Shown one piece after another: positions 1 through 13,400 of a stretch of DNA of 64,000 nt (within the stretch, counting starts at the first letter, position 1; each line of letters opens with the position of its first letter). The DNA is taken from the NCBI GenBank assembly GCA_976551045.1, contig CDPCPM010000022.1, positions 6,572,001-6,636,000 on the forward strand, written 5' to 3'. The DNA is from Glaucostegus cemiculus. Taxonomy: Eukaryota. The position numbers and the translations under genes were made by a program. The notes under the pieces were generated by a model. It worked only from the letters and a program-made list of their open reading frames with translations. It was not told the origin of the DNA and ran no database searches.

Positions 1-443
1 TAGAGAGTATAGATCTTGAGGAGAGATTAAGGGAGCTAGGGCTTTACTCTTTGGAGAGAAGGAGGATGACGGGAGACATGATAGAAGTGTACAAAATATT
101 AAGAGGAATAGATAGAGTGGACAGCCAGCATCTCTTTCCAAGAGCACCAATGCTCATTACAAAAGGGCATGTCTTGAAAGTAATGGGTGAGAAGTTCAAG
201 GGAGATATCAGAGGAAGGTTTTTTACCCAGAGAGTGGTTGGAGCATGGAATACACTGCCTGGGGCGGTGGTGGAGGAAGGTACATTGGTCAAATGCAAGA
301 GATTACTAGATAGGCATATGGCAGAATTTATAATCGAGGGATATGTGGGAGGAAGGGGTTAGTTAGTCTTAGGCAAGGTTTAAAGGCTGGCACAACATTG
401 TGGGCCAAAGGTCCTGTATTGTGCTGTATTGTTCTATGTTCTA
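1..443 (+). mobile_element. CR1 LINE 3' end (ORF2 C-terminus + 3' UTR), cut by the window edge
   Basis: ORF 51-362 ERRRMTGDMIEVYKILRGIDRVD...RGRFFTQRVVGAWNTLP is the canonical CR1 ORF2 C-terminus. The element ends with the gggccaaaggtcct hairpin and a (tgttcta)n tail. Confidence 0.95.
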
Positions 444-3441
444 AAATCCTAGAAAATGGTTCACCCAACAGCCTACTTAATCCAGAGTAGATCGCATGAG
501 CAATAATTTCTGGTTGAAATCAAATCCATGGTAAAACAGAACCAAGTTCTTCTGTGCACTATTTTCATTGGAATGCCCAATATTTTTTCTGGCATCAAGT
601 GCATATTTAGTGATGATGCTTTTCAGGCAATGCCAATTTTTGTCTTATGGGGGAAAACTCAAGATCAAAGATGCAACCTTCAACTCTCATGGAATGTGCG
701 CTCAATAAAACCAAGAGCATTTTGTTCTTCTTTGTTGCTTTTCTCATTATTTAATGGGACACTGCTGATATTGCTAGATGAGGCACAACATTGTCTGATG
801 AAATGCCAGTGCACACCAGTGTAACTCATCTCTATGCAGTAAAAGATGAGATTTGTCCTGAACAAGGATACATTTGAATGAATGTTAGCAGGTTCAGAAT
901 TAAATGATGATTAAGTGGTCTCCACAACTTCGGTTGGTCAGGATTGTATGCATTGTCTGAGTACTTAAGAGAAAATTAGAAAAGGGCACAGGGTCAGAGC
1001 TGACGCAGAGAAAATCAGGGGCAGCTTGCCTTGGGAGTGAAGACGTTGAAGGAAAGCATTATAAGTTGCAGAATGAGCAATCCCAAGACTGCTTCTCTAG
1101 AGCCCAAGAACAACCCTTGGATCCCTTCTGCTGCAAACTCCTGAGCCAGCAGCCCCACAAATCCTGTACCCACCACAAATGAAAGATGGTAATTAAAGCT
1201 CATCCTACCAATTTCCCAGAGTTAGTTGGAGGCCTTGAAGCTGTATAGTTTCCTGCTGCCTCCCACTAATTTCCTGACCAGAGCACCCATCAGGATTTAA
1301 ATGACTCCAGCTTCTGAAATCAGCTATATCACATTTTGCTACTGACCAGTGGAGATTAGGTCATGATAAGTGTTCTGCCAAAAATACACTGACAATAAAA
1401 TTCAGGCAAAGGATTCTGAAAGAGAGGTAAGAGGGAAGAACAAACTAAGGTGCTCAAGGGAGAAGAAGATAACTGAGGGGAAAAGTTCAGTTATGAGTTA
1501 ATGATGGGGTCAGCTTTGGTACCACAATAGCTTGAGTGTCTGAACATGTGTATACTCCAGCAAGAGACTTCAGTGAAGAAAAAGATGACACCATCCAAAC
1601 TCCAAGTTACTATCACAATTTGTTTAGATAATCATCTACAATAATATTATGGATAGCAAGGGACCTTGCTCAGAAGTCAATGGACAGTATCTCATGAAAC
1701 ATGGAGAAGGCATAGATCAAGGACAATACATTTTAGGTGAGATTGGATCAGAAAAGTTGATTAGACAAATAGTGCTCATTGATTTGATAAAGGAGCTGGA
1801 GCAGTTATGATTAATATTCATGAAGAGCAACAGGATCTCTGGAAAATGTTATGTCAATGGAGTCACAAGGATAGATGTAGATTTATCCACGATGTATTCA
1901 AGCCTTAGAGTAGGAATGCAGAGAATGGCAATGGGTTAGAGTAGAGTAGAGGGAGACAGTATACCATAAGGTAAAAATTAAAGGTAGAAAGAGAAGCTGA
2001 TGGAAACATGAGCAGTAAAGCAAAATTCTTTGTAGAGAATCTGAATCATCAGTCAAAATTAGTATGTAAATAAACACAAAGGGAATTAAGGCTACACAGG
2101 CATTTCCAAGAGCAGGGGAGATAAATTCTGTCCATAAACAAAAGTTTGGAAGAGTGTGTAAAAATTCAAGTCAAAGGTCCAACTATAGGATGAAATTCAT
2201 GCAGGCAGATGGAATTTGCTTGAAGCATAGATGGAAAAATGTCCAGGTTCAAAGATAATTGCAGAGATAGGTGAAACAAGGAGTTGGGAAATTTGCAGAG
2301 AATCACTGGGTTCACTATTGGAGATTGTCCAGCGAAAAGCAGAGGAATTGAAGTTTCACAATGAGCCAGTGGAAGTTGATCTGGAGACCCAGTGGAGGGC
2401 ATTATTCCTCACTATAAACTTCGTTATGTTCTAATGTTTCTGCAACAGTGGCAGCAAACTGCCAAAAGGACTGAAATGACATTTCTTTTCCAGTACTTCC
2501 CCAGCACCAACACAAATATTCACCCTTTTTAAGCTTTAAAGTGCAGATAATTTGTGTGTTCCCAACATCAGTATTTTTGGGCATTTTGCAGATGAAGCTC
2601 TACATCTATTCCTTTTGTCATAGATTGCAACAAGCAATGATCAGAGCTGGGCTTTAACGGTACTGCACAAATTCTACTAAGTGTTCCTATGTGAATAACA
2701 AGTACAAAGTAAATCTTCCAGTTTTGAACATGGTACTGTTTTTTTCCATTTAGGGACGTTATTCACCTTTTGTTTTCAGTTACAGACACCATTCCTGTCT
2801 GCCTTCCTGTGTAGACTGCTTATTCTGATCCGCTCATGCATTGAAACTCACTAAGTCATTTGATCATGGCAAGTACATTATTTACTCTGTATAAAAGATG
2901 TTTGGGATAAATTACATTTTCCTATTCCCCACTGTGTCCATTTATAGCTGCAAAAGTAGCCAGGGAAAAGTGAAGGTAGCTTCTATACTCCAGTGGTAAT
3001 ACATTTGACAGGTTTTAAGAAATAAAAGCTAAAATGCTCTTTTGCAACCCTTAATGCACATGTGTCCACTACAGAAAACTGCTGTAAAATGCATGTTCTT
3101 CTTCTTAGGCAGTTAAATTACTTGCTTCCACTCCTGTTCTGAGCTGGCTGAATGTGGGACCTCCTTTCTCAATCTCTGCTCCCAATGAACTGACTGGAGA
3201 TTCTCAGTGACTTCCTGAATGCGCCTTCCCTACATTGATCAGTCACGGGTCAGTGAGGAAGCTACATTTTCTCAAGAAGACTTTGAGAACATCCATGAAT
3301 TGTTTTTTTTTTACCTCCTTGTAGTCTCTTGCTGCACCAAAACTCCAGCAAGCTACCTGCTTTGGGAGTCTGGAGTCTGGCATGTGAATAATGTGGCAGG
3401 TCAATCAGCTGACTGTGACTGGAGCCTCAGTGTCAGAGACA

Positions 3442-3560
3442 GAAACAGAAAACACTGGAAAAATTCACCAGGTCAGGTTGTATCTGTGGAGAGAGAAACA
3501 GTGTTAATGTAGGTTAATGATCTCTCAAAAGATTTGAAAAAGTTAGTAATCAAAGATATC
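3442..3560 (-). mobile_element. Degraded Penelope-type pseudo-LTR fragment
   Basis: acagaaaacactggaaaaattcaccaggtcaggttgtatctgtggagagagaaacagtgttaatg matches the arm sequence seen at 42440 and 50255 and, inverted, at 54530-54660. Confidence 0.55.
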
Positions 3561-3699
3561 TGGGCAGAAAAGAAGAGAAAACAAAAGAGATGGCCAAATT
3601 CAGGCAACACTGAACCGCTAGCTGAGGTTTCAACTGCCATCAGGCAGCATTGAGTGGGCATTTAATGTCTCCTAAGGCTTTTCTCAGCTCTGAAGAGCT

Positions 3700-4095
3700 A
3701 TGGGGAAGGGGGGAGGTGGGGTGTGGCTGAGGCAGGAGAGAAGAAAATCAAAGGGAAAGAGAGAAGAGAAAAACTGGACAGAAGAGTTGAGCCTGAAGAA
3801 AGGAAGAGGGAAAAAGAGAAAGAGCTGAGTGAAAGGGGTGAGACAGAAAATGAAAAAGGCATTGAGAGAAGGAGGGACTGATTTGAGGTGGGGGAGGCAG
3901 AGGTATGTGAGTCTGTATGTCTGTCTATCTCTGTTCATGTCTATATCTATGTGCCTGTGTGCATTAATTTACATGTGTGAACATGTGTTTGTACATGCAT
4001 ATGTGGTTGAGTATGTGTGTTTGTGTGCCTGTGTGCAGGGACAGGTATTTATTTGTGCTTGTTGATTGGCAGACAGATGTAGGTATGTGTGTTTA
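3700..4095. repeat. Low-complexity GA-rich tract followed by a degenerate (TG)n tract
   Basis: Purine run at 3700-3900, then TG/TGTA-rich sequence to ~4095. Confidence 0.8.
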
Positions 4096-4284
4096 CAGCC
4101 ACCTGTGCTTAGTATTCATACAACAGAGCCTGTTCTCCAATTTTCTTGAACTCCTTTGTTAGTTAAGTGAAGTTGCCATGCCAAAACCACACAGTGTGCA
4201 ACAAGCTTGTCAAGTAATAAGAAATCATTTCATTCACGGCATCTTCCACTCCTCCATATAAATGCACTGACTGACTGAGGCATT

Positions 4285-4574
4285 TAAGATATCTTTATTA
4301 GTCACATGTACATCGAAACACACAGTGAAATGCATCTTTTGCATAAAGCGTTCTGGGGGCAGCCAGCAAGTGTTGCCACACTTCCAGCACCAACATAGCA
4401 TGCCCACAACTTCCTAACCTATACGTCTTTGGAATGTGGGAGGAGACCGGAGCACCCAGAGGAAACCCACACAGTCATGGAGGGAACGTACAAACTCCTT
4501 ACAGACAGTGGCCAGAATTGAACCCAGATCGCTGGCACTGTAATAGCATTACACTAATCGCTACACCACCATGC
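4285..4574 (-). mobile_element. tRNA-derived V-SINE (HE1-like head/body) with Rex1-type tail, full length
   Basis: The minus strand shows A-box-like tggtgtagcgattag, B-box gggttcaattc, V-domain tgggtttcctctgggtgctccggtctcctcccaca and tail catttcactgtgtgtttcgatgtacatgtgactaataaag. Five further near-identical copies occur in the window. Confidence 0.93.
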
Positions 4575-6494
4575 ATGTACTATGCCACTACACAGCTGTA
4601 GTGACTCCTTGCAAAAAAACAAAGAGAAGGTGGGTGGGTGGGGGTGCATGCATTGTTAGCTTGTACTACATTACAGGTGCATATGTGTTCTTTGCTATTT
4701 TTATTGTAAAGGAATCTCTCTGGAGTGGGGGTGACCAATTTCAATAGTGGGATACCAATGATGTGGGTGGGATGTGATTTCTTCTGCAGAAGTTTGGAAA
4801 CTGCTGTGCCATCAAAAATCTGGTGGGACATAGCAGAGGAGCCAGCTTTCCATGTGGATTACTTGTAGGCTGGGAGGACCAGAACTGCTCCTTTGGATCC
4901 ACCAAATAATCTTTCATCATCTCCAGCCCCAGGAATTTCCTCTTCAGCTCTTCAGAAACTCTGTCCCACCATTGATCCCGTGCAGGAATCCTTTTCCTGT
5001 GATACTGACCTCTTTCCCAACTTTCTATTCCAACTTTCTATTCCTGTTCACCTGCTCTTTCTTCATTCCTGCTCAAAAACAAATGTAAATAAAGCCCTTG
5101 GGTCAGAAGGGTTTGGGTCAAATACCAAGGGCTCCTCAAGGGATCTCCACCTGCTCACAACTCCGCCATTTCCAAAATTCTCCAGGATATTGCTTTCCGA
5201 TTTGGATGTTTGAGAGACCTAGGACTAAATCTGAGGAAAATAACAATTTCTTCTGAGAGCAGCTTTGGGAACTAGACTCTCAACATTTCCACAACAACCT
5301 AGGTGGGCAGGGGCAGCAAATTACACAATACTGTCTCCAGCACTGTATCCTTCAAATGCAAAACAAAAATATTTCTATTCATTGGCAATGCAATATTCAA
5401 TTGCTAATTTTAAGTTGTTCAGTGATGTATATACAATGGGCTGATAAAGGTTTAAATAAAGCCTGGGAAATGATTATTTTGTTTTCACAGTCAATTATTT
5501 CAATAATTAAATGAAGTTCTAAGCAGCTCCAGCCAGCAGAACGTGTTGAACTGGATGTACTACCTTTGTTAAGAATTCTGATCAGTACTGCCTTCAGCTC
5601 CTTGGAATGTGAAAAATGGTGACTCATTCAGTATTTAAAAGCAACTGCATTAGAAGGTCTCTCGGGCAGTAGGAACAGTCTGGGATCTTAAAACAATATT
5701 ATGGTCTATGAAAAGATGAGAGCAAAATCTGAGAAGACTCTTGAGGATTCCAAGTCACAAGTGTTGACAGAGCAGTCAATCTATGCTGTTTTATGAATTT
5801 AAGTACAGTAGTGTAACCCCTAACCCTTTCACTTATGCAACGATCATCATTCTCAGTTTTATTGTTTCTTTGACACACATGCACTGTTTATTTGACTTGC
5901 TAGGTTGATGGAAAATATCTCTGTGCAACACTATGTATGCTATGGAACCATACTTCAAATTTGTCAATCATCAGCTTAAGGTTGGTAGCTGCAGCAAAAA
6001 ATTCAGCTGGAATATTTGTGATCATGTCGATTGAGTCTTGCTTCAAACTCATCAATAATAAGCCCTGTATATATGTAATGAGGTTCCCTTTCCAAGCACC
6101 CACTGTTTTAATATTAGAGCAGCAAGGGTGGGAATATCCAATTTCTCTTAACATTAAAGACATTGGAAAGTAATTCCAAGTCTATGACTATCATCCAGGA
6201 ACATTTGAAGCCTGACTTTGCACTGATCTCAGTTTATAATACACATAAGGTAAACCTAAAAAAAAATTCCTAGCTTGAGATCAATGCAGAACATGCTACT
6301 TAGGCAAATCCTAGGGGTCCCAAAGAAGTGGTGACAGCTCTCCCTAAACCACTGCAACAGGAGGTGCACAGTGGGAAGTAGTGAAAAAGGACAATCAGCA
6401 CAGAGCTCACACCAACATCACCATTCACATCCTGCAATAATTGTCCAAACAATACTATGTAACATGAAATGATGAACATTTCAAAATAATTAAA

Positions 6495-7245
6495 CAGAAG
6501 TACAAAGGGACTTAGGGGTGCTCGTACAGGATAACCTAAAGGTTAACTGCCAGGTTGGATCGGCAGTAAGGAAAGCGAATGCTATGTTGGCATTTATTTC
6601 GAGGGGTATAGTATATAAAAGCAAGGAAGTGTTGATGAGGCTATACGGGGCACTGGTGAGGCCTCACTTGGAGTACTGTATGCAGTTTTGGGCCCCATAC
6701 CTTAGGAAGGATGTGCTAATGTTGGAGAGGGTTCAGAGGAGATTTACTAGTATGATTCCTGGGATGAAAAAGTTTACATATGATGAGTGACTGTCGTCAC
6801 TTGGACTGTACTCGTTGGAGTACAGAAGAATGAGAGGGGACCTAATAGAAACGTACAAGATGTTGAAAGGAATGGACAAAGTAAATGTGGTCAAGCTGTT
6901 TCCCTTGGTGGGGGAATCCAGGACTAGAGGACACAACCTTAGAATTAGAGGAAGCAGGTTCAAAACAGAGATAAGGAGGAATTTCTTTATCCAGAGGGTG
7001 GTGAACCTGTGGAACTCCTTACCACAGAAAGCAGTGGAAGCCAGATCACTGGGGATATTCAAGAAGGAAATAGATAGATATCTAATTGGTCAAGGTATCA
7101 AAGGATATGGAGATAAGGCAGGGATTTGGACTTAGAATAGGTTTTTTTTTCTCTTATCCTCTTTTTCCCCACCCTCCCTTCCCTTTGGAGCAGACTCGAT
7201 GGGCCGACTGGCCTGCTTCTGCTCCATTATCTTGTGATCTTGTGA
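6495..7245 (+). mobile_element. 5'-truncated CR1 LINE, little decayed
   Basis: ORFs 6518-6790 (KANAMLAFISRG...LVRPHLEYCMQFWAP) and 6815-7135 (RMRGDLIETYK...FFIQRVVNLWNSLP) are in the same frame, separated by one TGA. The 3' end is gatgggccgactggcct plus a (tcttgtga)2 tail. Confidence 0.95.
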
Positions 7246-8634
7246 ATTAGGTAACTTCACTACTCATAGCTTGCATTGTTTCAAACTATAATCAGTAGTA
7301 TTTCACAGAGAGTTGAGTGTCTGTCTAAAGGAGGTTGAAAATCTTACAAAATGGCGTTTGCTTATTTGCCAGACAGCCATTTGTTAGCCTCTTCAGAAAA
7401 TATGTGTTCCCAGACAATTGGCAACTGCTAGCAGTGCCTGCAGAATTCCATATTTGTAGATTTCCTAAGTTAGTACTCAATAACTGACAGAGCAAACCTC
7501 TACTTAATTCAGGAATTAAGCACTGAATGTCAGCTGAGAACAGTATGCACACTAGTAATTCACATGAAACCAGCATCAGGTAATTGCTTCGAAGATTCCA
7601 GTCTTGACAACAGCAATAAACAGACTTCATCAGCAAATATTCTGAGGCCAGGCTTAAAAGTACATGCACTTTTTAACATTATTATAGACAACTTTGAAAT
7701 AAACAGAATGGATGGAATGTTCACATAGATGTAAACATCATTTTGAAAGATTAATCATATTGTTTTGTGTGGGATGAAGCATTAAATTAAAAAAGACCAC
7801 ACTTGAAGTACACATTCATACTGACGTTACTACTGCAATGGCCAATAAAGCAAGCCTAATGTAAGGGTTTTGTAATATTTTTCAAATATTCTCTATTTTT
7901 CATTAGTGACATGAGGTATTTCCTGAAGCAGACTCCTGGCCTCTTGAGGAAGATATAGTTTATTCAAGTGGAGCTGCATTATTGGCACCATTAAACATTA
8001 AGATATATAAATTCTTTTATGCTGAAGATGTCTTTGGGGTGATGGGCTCCTTATTTGTGTTGGCACAATAAAATTACTCATTTAGAACGATTCCGGTGTC
8101 AGAGAGTAAACCAAATTGATGACCTTTTGACCTGAGACTGCTCGATGAAAATTCAGTTTAGTTTTTGTTGATGGCTTTGATTTTTAATTTGATAACTACT
8201 CCAGCCTTTCATGTTTATTCTTTTCCTTTCATTCTGTTTTGCTTGGTTATGCAAGGGCTTGAACTATTTGGCTTTAATCAACTAAAACTCCAAATGAAGC
8301 CCCCAAAGACCTATCTGGAAATGTTTTCTTTCACTGTTAAAACGGTGCTGTCAAGAAATGTCATCTGTGCAAAATTTACATCTTCTTTTAGGAATGACTT
8401 GCATGAATTTCAAAATACATAAGCAAAGTATTGATCAATCCCATTTGTTGGTGGGATGGTGATGAAAAAGACCGGAAGAGTGAAAGCACAGACATAAATA
8501 GAGCAAAAGACAAAATATGCTTGAAGCTACATTGAAAAAATTGAAATATATGGAAGAAAAATTAAGGTAAAGCCTACACTTACATTTTTATTACCAATTT
8601 TGTTTTTGTTATCCTTTATGGAGACTGAAATTTG

Positions 8635-9480
8635 TAGAGTCAAAGAGTCATATAGCATGGAATCATGCCCTTCAGCCCAACTAGTAGGTGCCAACCAAGA
8701 TTCCCATCTGACCTAGTCCCATTTTCCTGTGTTTGGCCCATATCTCTCTAAACCTTTTCTATCCATATAACTGTTCAAGTTCATTTTAAATGTTTTTAAT
8801 GTACCTACCTCAACCACTTCCTCCGGCAGCTCATTCTGTATACTGACCACCCTCTGGATGAAAACTTTGCTCCTGAGGTTCCAAGTAAGTTTCTCCCCTC
8901 CTACTCTAAACCTATGTCCTCTTTTTCATGGGAAGAAGACTATGTACATTGATCCTATCTTTGTCCCTTATGATTTTATGCACCCCTATAATATCACCCC
9001 TCATTTTCCTATGCTCCAATGAATATAGTCCCAACCTGCTCGACTTCTTTCCATAACTCAGTCCTTTGATTCCCAGAGACATCCTCATAAATCTTCTCTG
9101 CATTCTTTTAAGTTTAGTGGCATCTTTGGAAGAGCAGGGTGACCAAAACTGAACACCAAATGCAGTCTCACCAATGTCTTATACAACTGCAACATAACAT
9201 CCCTGCTTCTGTACTCAATGCCCTGACCGATCAAGGCCAGCATGCCAAAAGCCTTCTTCACCACCTGTCTACCTGTGATACCACTTTCATGTACTCCTAG
9301 GTCCCTTTGTTCTACAACACTACACAGGGCCCTACTGTTCACTGTGATAGCCCTACCCTCATTTGTCTTCCCAAAATACAACACCTTGTACTTATCCAAA
9401 TTAAACTCCATTTCCCATTCCTCAGCCCACTTATCCAGCTGATCAATATTCCTCTGTAATTCCTGATAACCATATTCACT
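8635..9480 (-). mobile_element. 5'-truncated CR1 LINE
   Basis: ORFs 9085-9411 (MEFNLDKYKVLYFG...EQRDLGVH...KKAFGMLALI) and 8912-9103 (RKMRGDIIGVHKII). A CR1-type 3' end lies at 8635-8680. Confidence 0.93.
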
Positions 9481-11454
9481 TGATGTTGATACAACTTTTG
9501 AATGGAGTTTTTTAATAAGTCTACAGAGATGGCTTTTACAAAGAACTAATTAAAATAAAAACAAATCTCTAAAATTACCCAAAAGTGCAGAAAACAAGAT
9601 GAAAATTATAAATGTTATTTATTTCTCATAAGTATTTATCATTTTGCCATCACATTCCTCTCTATGTTTTGTGCATTTTTGGATTCTAATTGTTTTGTAC
9701 ATTTTTCCAATTTTGTGCTCTTTATTGTTCTATTTTCTTAACTTTACCCATTATTGTTTATGCCTTTTCTCTCTTTTTGTATGTTTTTCTTCTTGGTTTT
9801 CATTCCTTATTTCTAAATGATCAGCCTATCTGGAACAGGATTTCCCCTTATTTTCCCATGGCAAAATAACCCTTGGTAGGAATTTGATATGTTCCGATAT
9901 GTTCTCATTATTCCCACATAGAAACTTACTTGTGGATTTAATAAAAACTCAGATTGCTTAAGTTCTACACATATGAAAAATATAGATGATGTAAATAAAA
10001 TTATGGAGAAAATGCTTTGGATAAAAAGAAAAACAATTTAATAAATGAAACCAGTTTTAAAGTTAATACTTGGTCTTACGATTTAGTAACATAATTCTGA
10101 AATGAAAAACTATAAATTGAACAAGAATCAGACAGAACCAAAGTTCTTTTAGAGATTTAGGCTCGGAAACCACACCATGAGATATATTTCATTGATTGAT
10201 ATGTATTCAATGCACTTACAACTGTGATAGCATTGCGTTTGAATAATTACCATCTGTTACAAGGTTTAATGTATCAATTCCCAATCTGCATTGTCCAAAT
10301 TTCATTGGGAAAGAGAGCAGTTGTTTTATTGTGGTTCACCATGGAAAACAATCCTTACTGCTGGATATTGCATTGACCTAGAATTTTGAATTGGAGGATT
10401 TTTATGGCTTGACATAAAACTGAAGATATCTCCCAAGTAACAGCAAGTAATGGCAGCTTGTTGAAGGGCTGTAAGTGTGAGGAATCTTCTGGTGCATTAA
10501 GTAAGCTCGCTTCACTAGTGAGGTATTCTCTTCACTTCACAGGTACAAGGTATGCAATGGAATTTTAGTGCTAATTTCTGGTTCTGTACGTGCAAGATAC
10601 CAAGAGAAGCATTTCAAATATTGTGTAATCCAGATAACACATGGAGAATAAAAGCAGCTGTAGCCCTGTGTAGCAGGACTCATGAGATGATTAAATTTGA
10701 CATGATCTACACACCATGACCCAATACACAATTTTACATCCTTAAATGATATGCTATTGAGAATTCAGTGTAAGTGCTCACAAAGACAGAGACCAAACAA
10801 ATGTGGCCCCACTGAACTGTTAAATAAGAGTTAGTAAAAAAGAGAGTTAAATTTCATGCAACCTGAGGGAAAGGGACCAATGAAACATTGGAAGGAAAGA
10901 GGACTCTTGGAAAAAAATAAAAGAAAGGCCATTGGAGATGCAAAAAATGAAGTGAGAATGAGTAAATCTGTAGATTTTAAAGGCAGCAACAAATCATTTG
11001 TTGAACATCAGGTGTTTCATACTGAGGACAGCAAATGTATTTCAGACTGCTTTTTGTGCCCATCTGTGTATGATTTCACCCCAATATTTTTAAAGTTGAT
11101 GTTTCACAAATGTACTAAGTCATGCACTGTTCCTGTCTGGCCAGTTGAGTCTTACCAAAATTTTCTGTTTTTATTTCCTGCAGATATTCAGCAGAGACAA
11201 ATGTCTCTCATTATGGGAGATTATAAACATTCTTTTGCTCATGTGGTGAATAAACACCAAAGGGTATCAGTTGGAGTGAGTAATCACTTTCTCCACTATA
11301 ATTTTGATGTAATTAATCCTTTTTGTGTACCTTTATGAAACAAGAGAGGCTGTGAAGTGATAGTGGAAAAATGAAATGGCAGAAAATGCAGAGTGCAACA
11401 TTAATTTGTGTACAGTTGGTGGTGTAGACTAGTGCTTGGGCTACAGAATGTTCA

Positions 11455-11815
11455 CTGCTGAGATGGAGGCAAGGCTTTATGATAAATTTAATGCATTCAT
11501 GGGATGTGGACATTGTCTATCTGAGTTCCCTGGGCTATTTCAGAGGGCGGTTAAGAAGCAACCATGTTGTTGTGTCTGGAGCCAGATATACTCAAAGTGG
11601 GGTAAGGACAGCAGATTTCCTTCCCTGAGGGACGTAGGTGAACCAGATGTGCTCTTACAACAACTTGGTAGTTTTGTGGTCATTATTATTGATCTTATAT
11701 TTTAATTCCAAATTTATTTCATTAAGTAAAGCTAAGTTCCTTGATCTTGCTATAGGATTCAAATGTTGTCTCCTGATCTGTAGTCCAGAATTCAACAACT
11801 TACCCACATTCATAC
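11455..11815 (-). mobile_element. Old tRNA-headed SINE-like element (Meta-domain/SlmI-like by recollection)
   Basis: The minus strand contains catctggttcacctacgtccctcagggaaggaaatctgctgtccttacc...catggttgcttcttaaccgccctctgaaatag, homologous to 51675-51958. Confidence 0.65.
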
Positions 11816-11859
11816 CTTTTATTATTGTCTTTTTTTGAGTTTAAAACCATTTTCAGACC

Positions 11860-12430
11860 CAAGTCAAACTGAACATGAAATTCTTTCATGCTATGACTGT
11901 TCTTCCCCTGAGGATCCTTTACTATGGGATCATTAACTTATCCGGTATCCTTATATATTTCTAGTTGTAAAACCACATGTTCCCCAATGGTTTCCACAAT
12001 GTATTGTTCAAAGAAATTGTCCCTAATTAACTCCTCTTCATGGTAACCTATGCCAAATTGTTTTGACCAATCTTTATAAAGTATGAAATCTCTCAGGATT
12101 ACTACAGGACTGTTCTTGCAAGCCCTATGATTCATACTCCTAAAGCATTGCTGTGGTGAGGGACTGATTTTATTGTTGTTTATTTTCTCCACTCAAACTG
12201 ATTCCACACCTTCATCTTAAGAAGGAATATCATTTATCTCTCCTCCCCTATTAACAGAGCTAACATACTTCCTTTTTATTTCTGCATCTTCTTTGGAAAT
12301 GCTAAACACCACAGAGGTTTCAGTTCCCAGCACAGATCACCTTGCAGCAATATTTCTGATCTCAGATCATATCCAGTTGTACCTAGTTCATCCATCTCAT
12401 TATGAATGCTGTGTGCTTCCAGACAAATGA
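11860..12430 (-). mobile_element. Degraded CR1 endonuclease-region fragment
   Basis: ORF 11938-12192 VVILRDFILYKDWSKQFGIGYHEEELIRDNFFEQYIVETIGEHVVLQL resembles the CR1 APE motif VIMGDFNL.IDW...FLEQYV.EPTR..AILDL. Confidence 0.7.
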
Positions 12431-12554
12431 TCCTTCATTTTGTCATTTTCCTTAGTTTGACTCAATTTTGTAAGTCCACTCCCATGTGTGTATGCTCTGT
12501 CTCTTCCTATCACACTTTGACTACATTTCACCACTCTGCACCATCACCAGACTA

Positions 12555-12852
12555 TAAAATAAAATAAGCTATCTTGATTAGTAACATGTATATCAAAACA
12601 CACAGTGAAATACATCTTTTGCGTAGAGTGTTCTGGGGGCAGCCCACAGGTGTCGCCACACTTCCAGCACCAACATAGCTTGCCCAAAACTTCCTAATCC
12701 ATATGTCTTTGGAATGTGGGACCAAACCAGAGCACCCGGAGGAAACCCATTCAGACTCAGGGAGAACATACAACTCCTTACAGACAGTGGCTGGAATTGA
12801 ACCCGGGTTGCTGGCGCTGTAAAGTGCTACGCTAACCGCTGCACTACCGTGC
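12555..12852 (-). mobile_element. V-SINE with Rex1-type tail, full length
   Basis: Near-identical to 4285-4574. Confidence 0.93.
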
Positions 12853-13189
12853 TTTCTCTTTGCTCCATGCAAACCCAATGCAAACCCCTCTCCTTTTGTT
12901 CTGCTGAAATCTTCCACTCCATTGATACATAAATATTTCCTTCTAATTATACTAAATCCTGAGTATAACACAACCTAAGGAAGTAAGGAACTTTTTCAGG
13001 AACTACTCCATCTGTTCTCTTCCTGCCGCCAGCAATTCTTGCATATTGTGCAGTAATTGCTTTTGGGCAGATAATACATCTGCCCAAATATAAATGGATG
13101 TTATGAATTAGGTATAAACAGCAATGCTTTGTTTCTGGATTTCATATTATCTTTCCAGGGAGAAGCTATAATATTTAAAGAATAAGGGC

Positions 13190-13400
13190 AAAAACTGTTG
13201 GAAGCTACTCTCTAGATCAGCAACATCTATGGTGGGAGAAATAATTAATATTTCAGGAAGATGTTAGATGTGAACAAGGAAGGGATGGTTTGGATAGGTG
13301 CCAGGATATAGAGAAAGCACTATAGGAAAGGGTCTGTGATAAGAAGGAGGCAGGAGTTCTTAAATGACAAAGGGAATAACAGATGATGGATATATCTCAG
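13190..13400 (-). mobile_element. Old Penelope-like terminal fragment
   Basis: aaaactgttggaagctactc...cagcaacatctatggtgggagaaataattaatatttcagg resembles the pseudo-LTR arm and is followed by a purine-rich segment. Confidence 0.4.

Noticed and set aside
4490-4574. tRNA gene (also at other SINE heads)
   Set aside because: The A/B boxes belong to SINE heads joined to V-domains, and no complete cloverleaf is evident.
5900-6070. Minus-strand terminal exon followed by AATAAA
   Set aside because: The acceptor is weak and the peptide is unrecognised.
10856-11338. 160-aa plus-strand ORF
   Set aside because: No recognisable domain, and it reads through a polypyrimidine tract. Only a possible small exon within it was retained.
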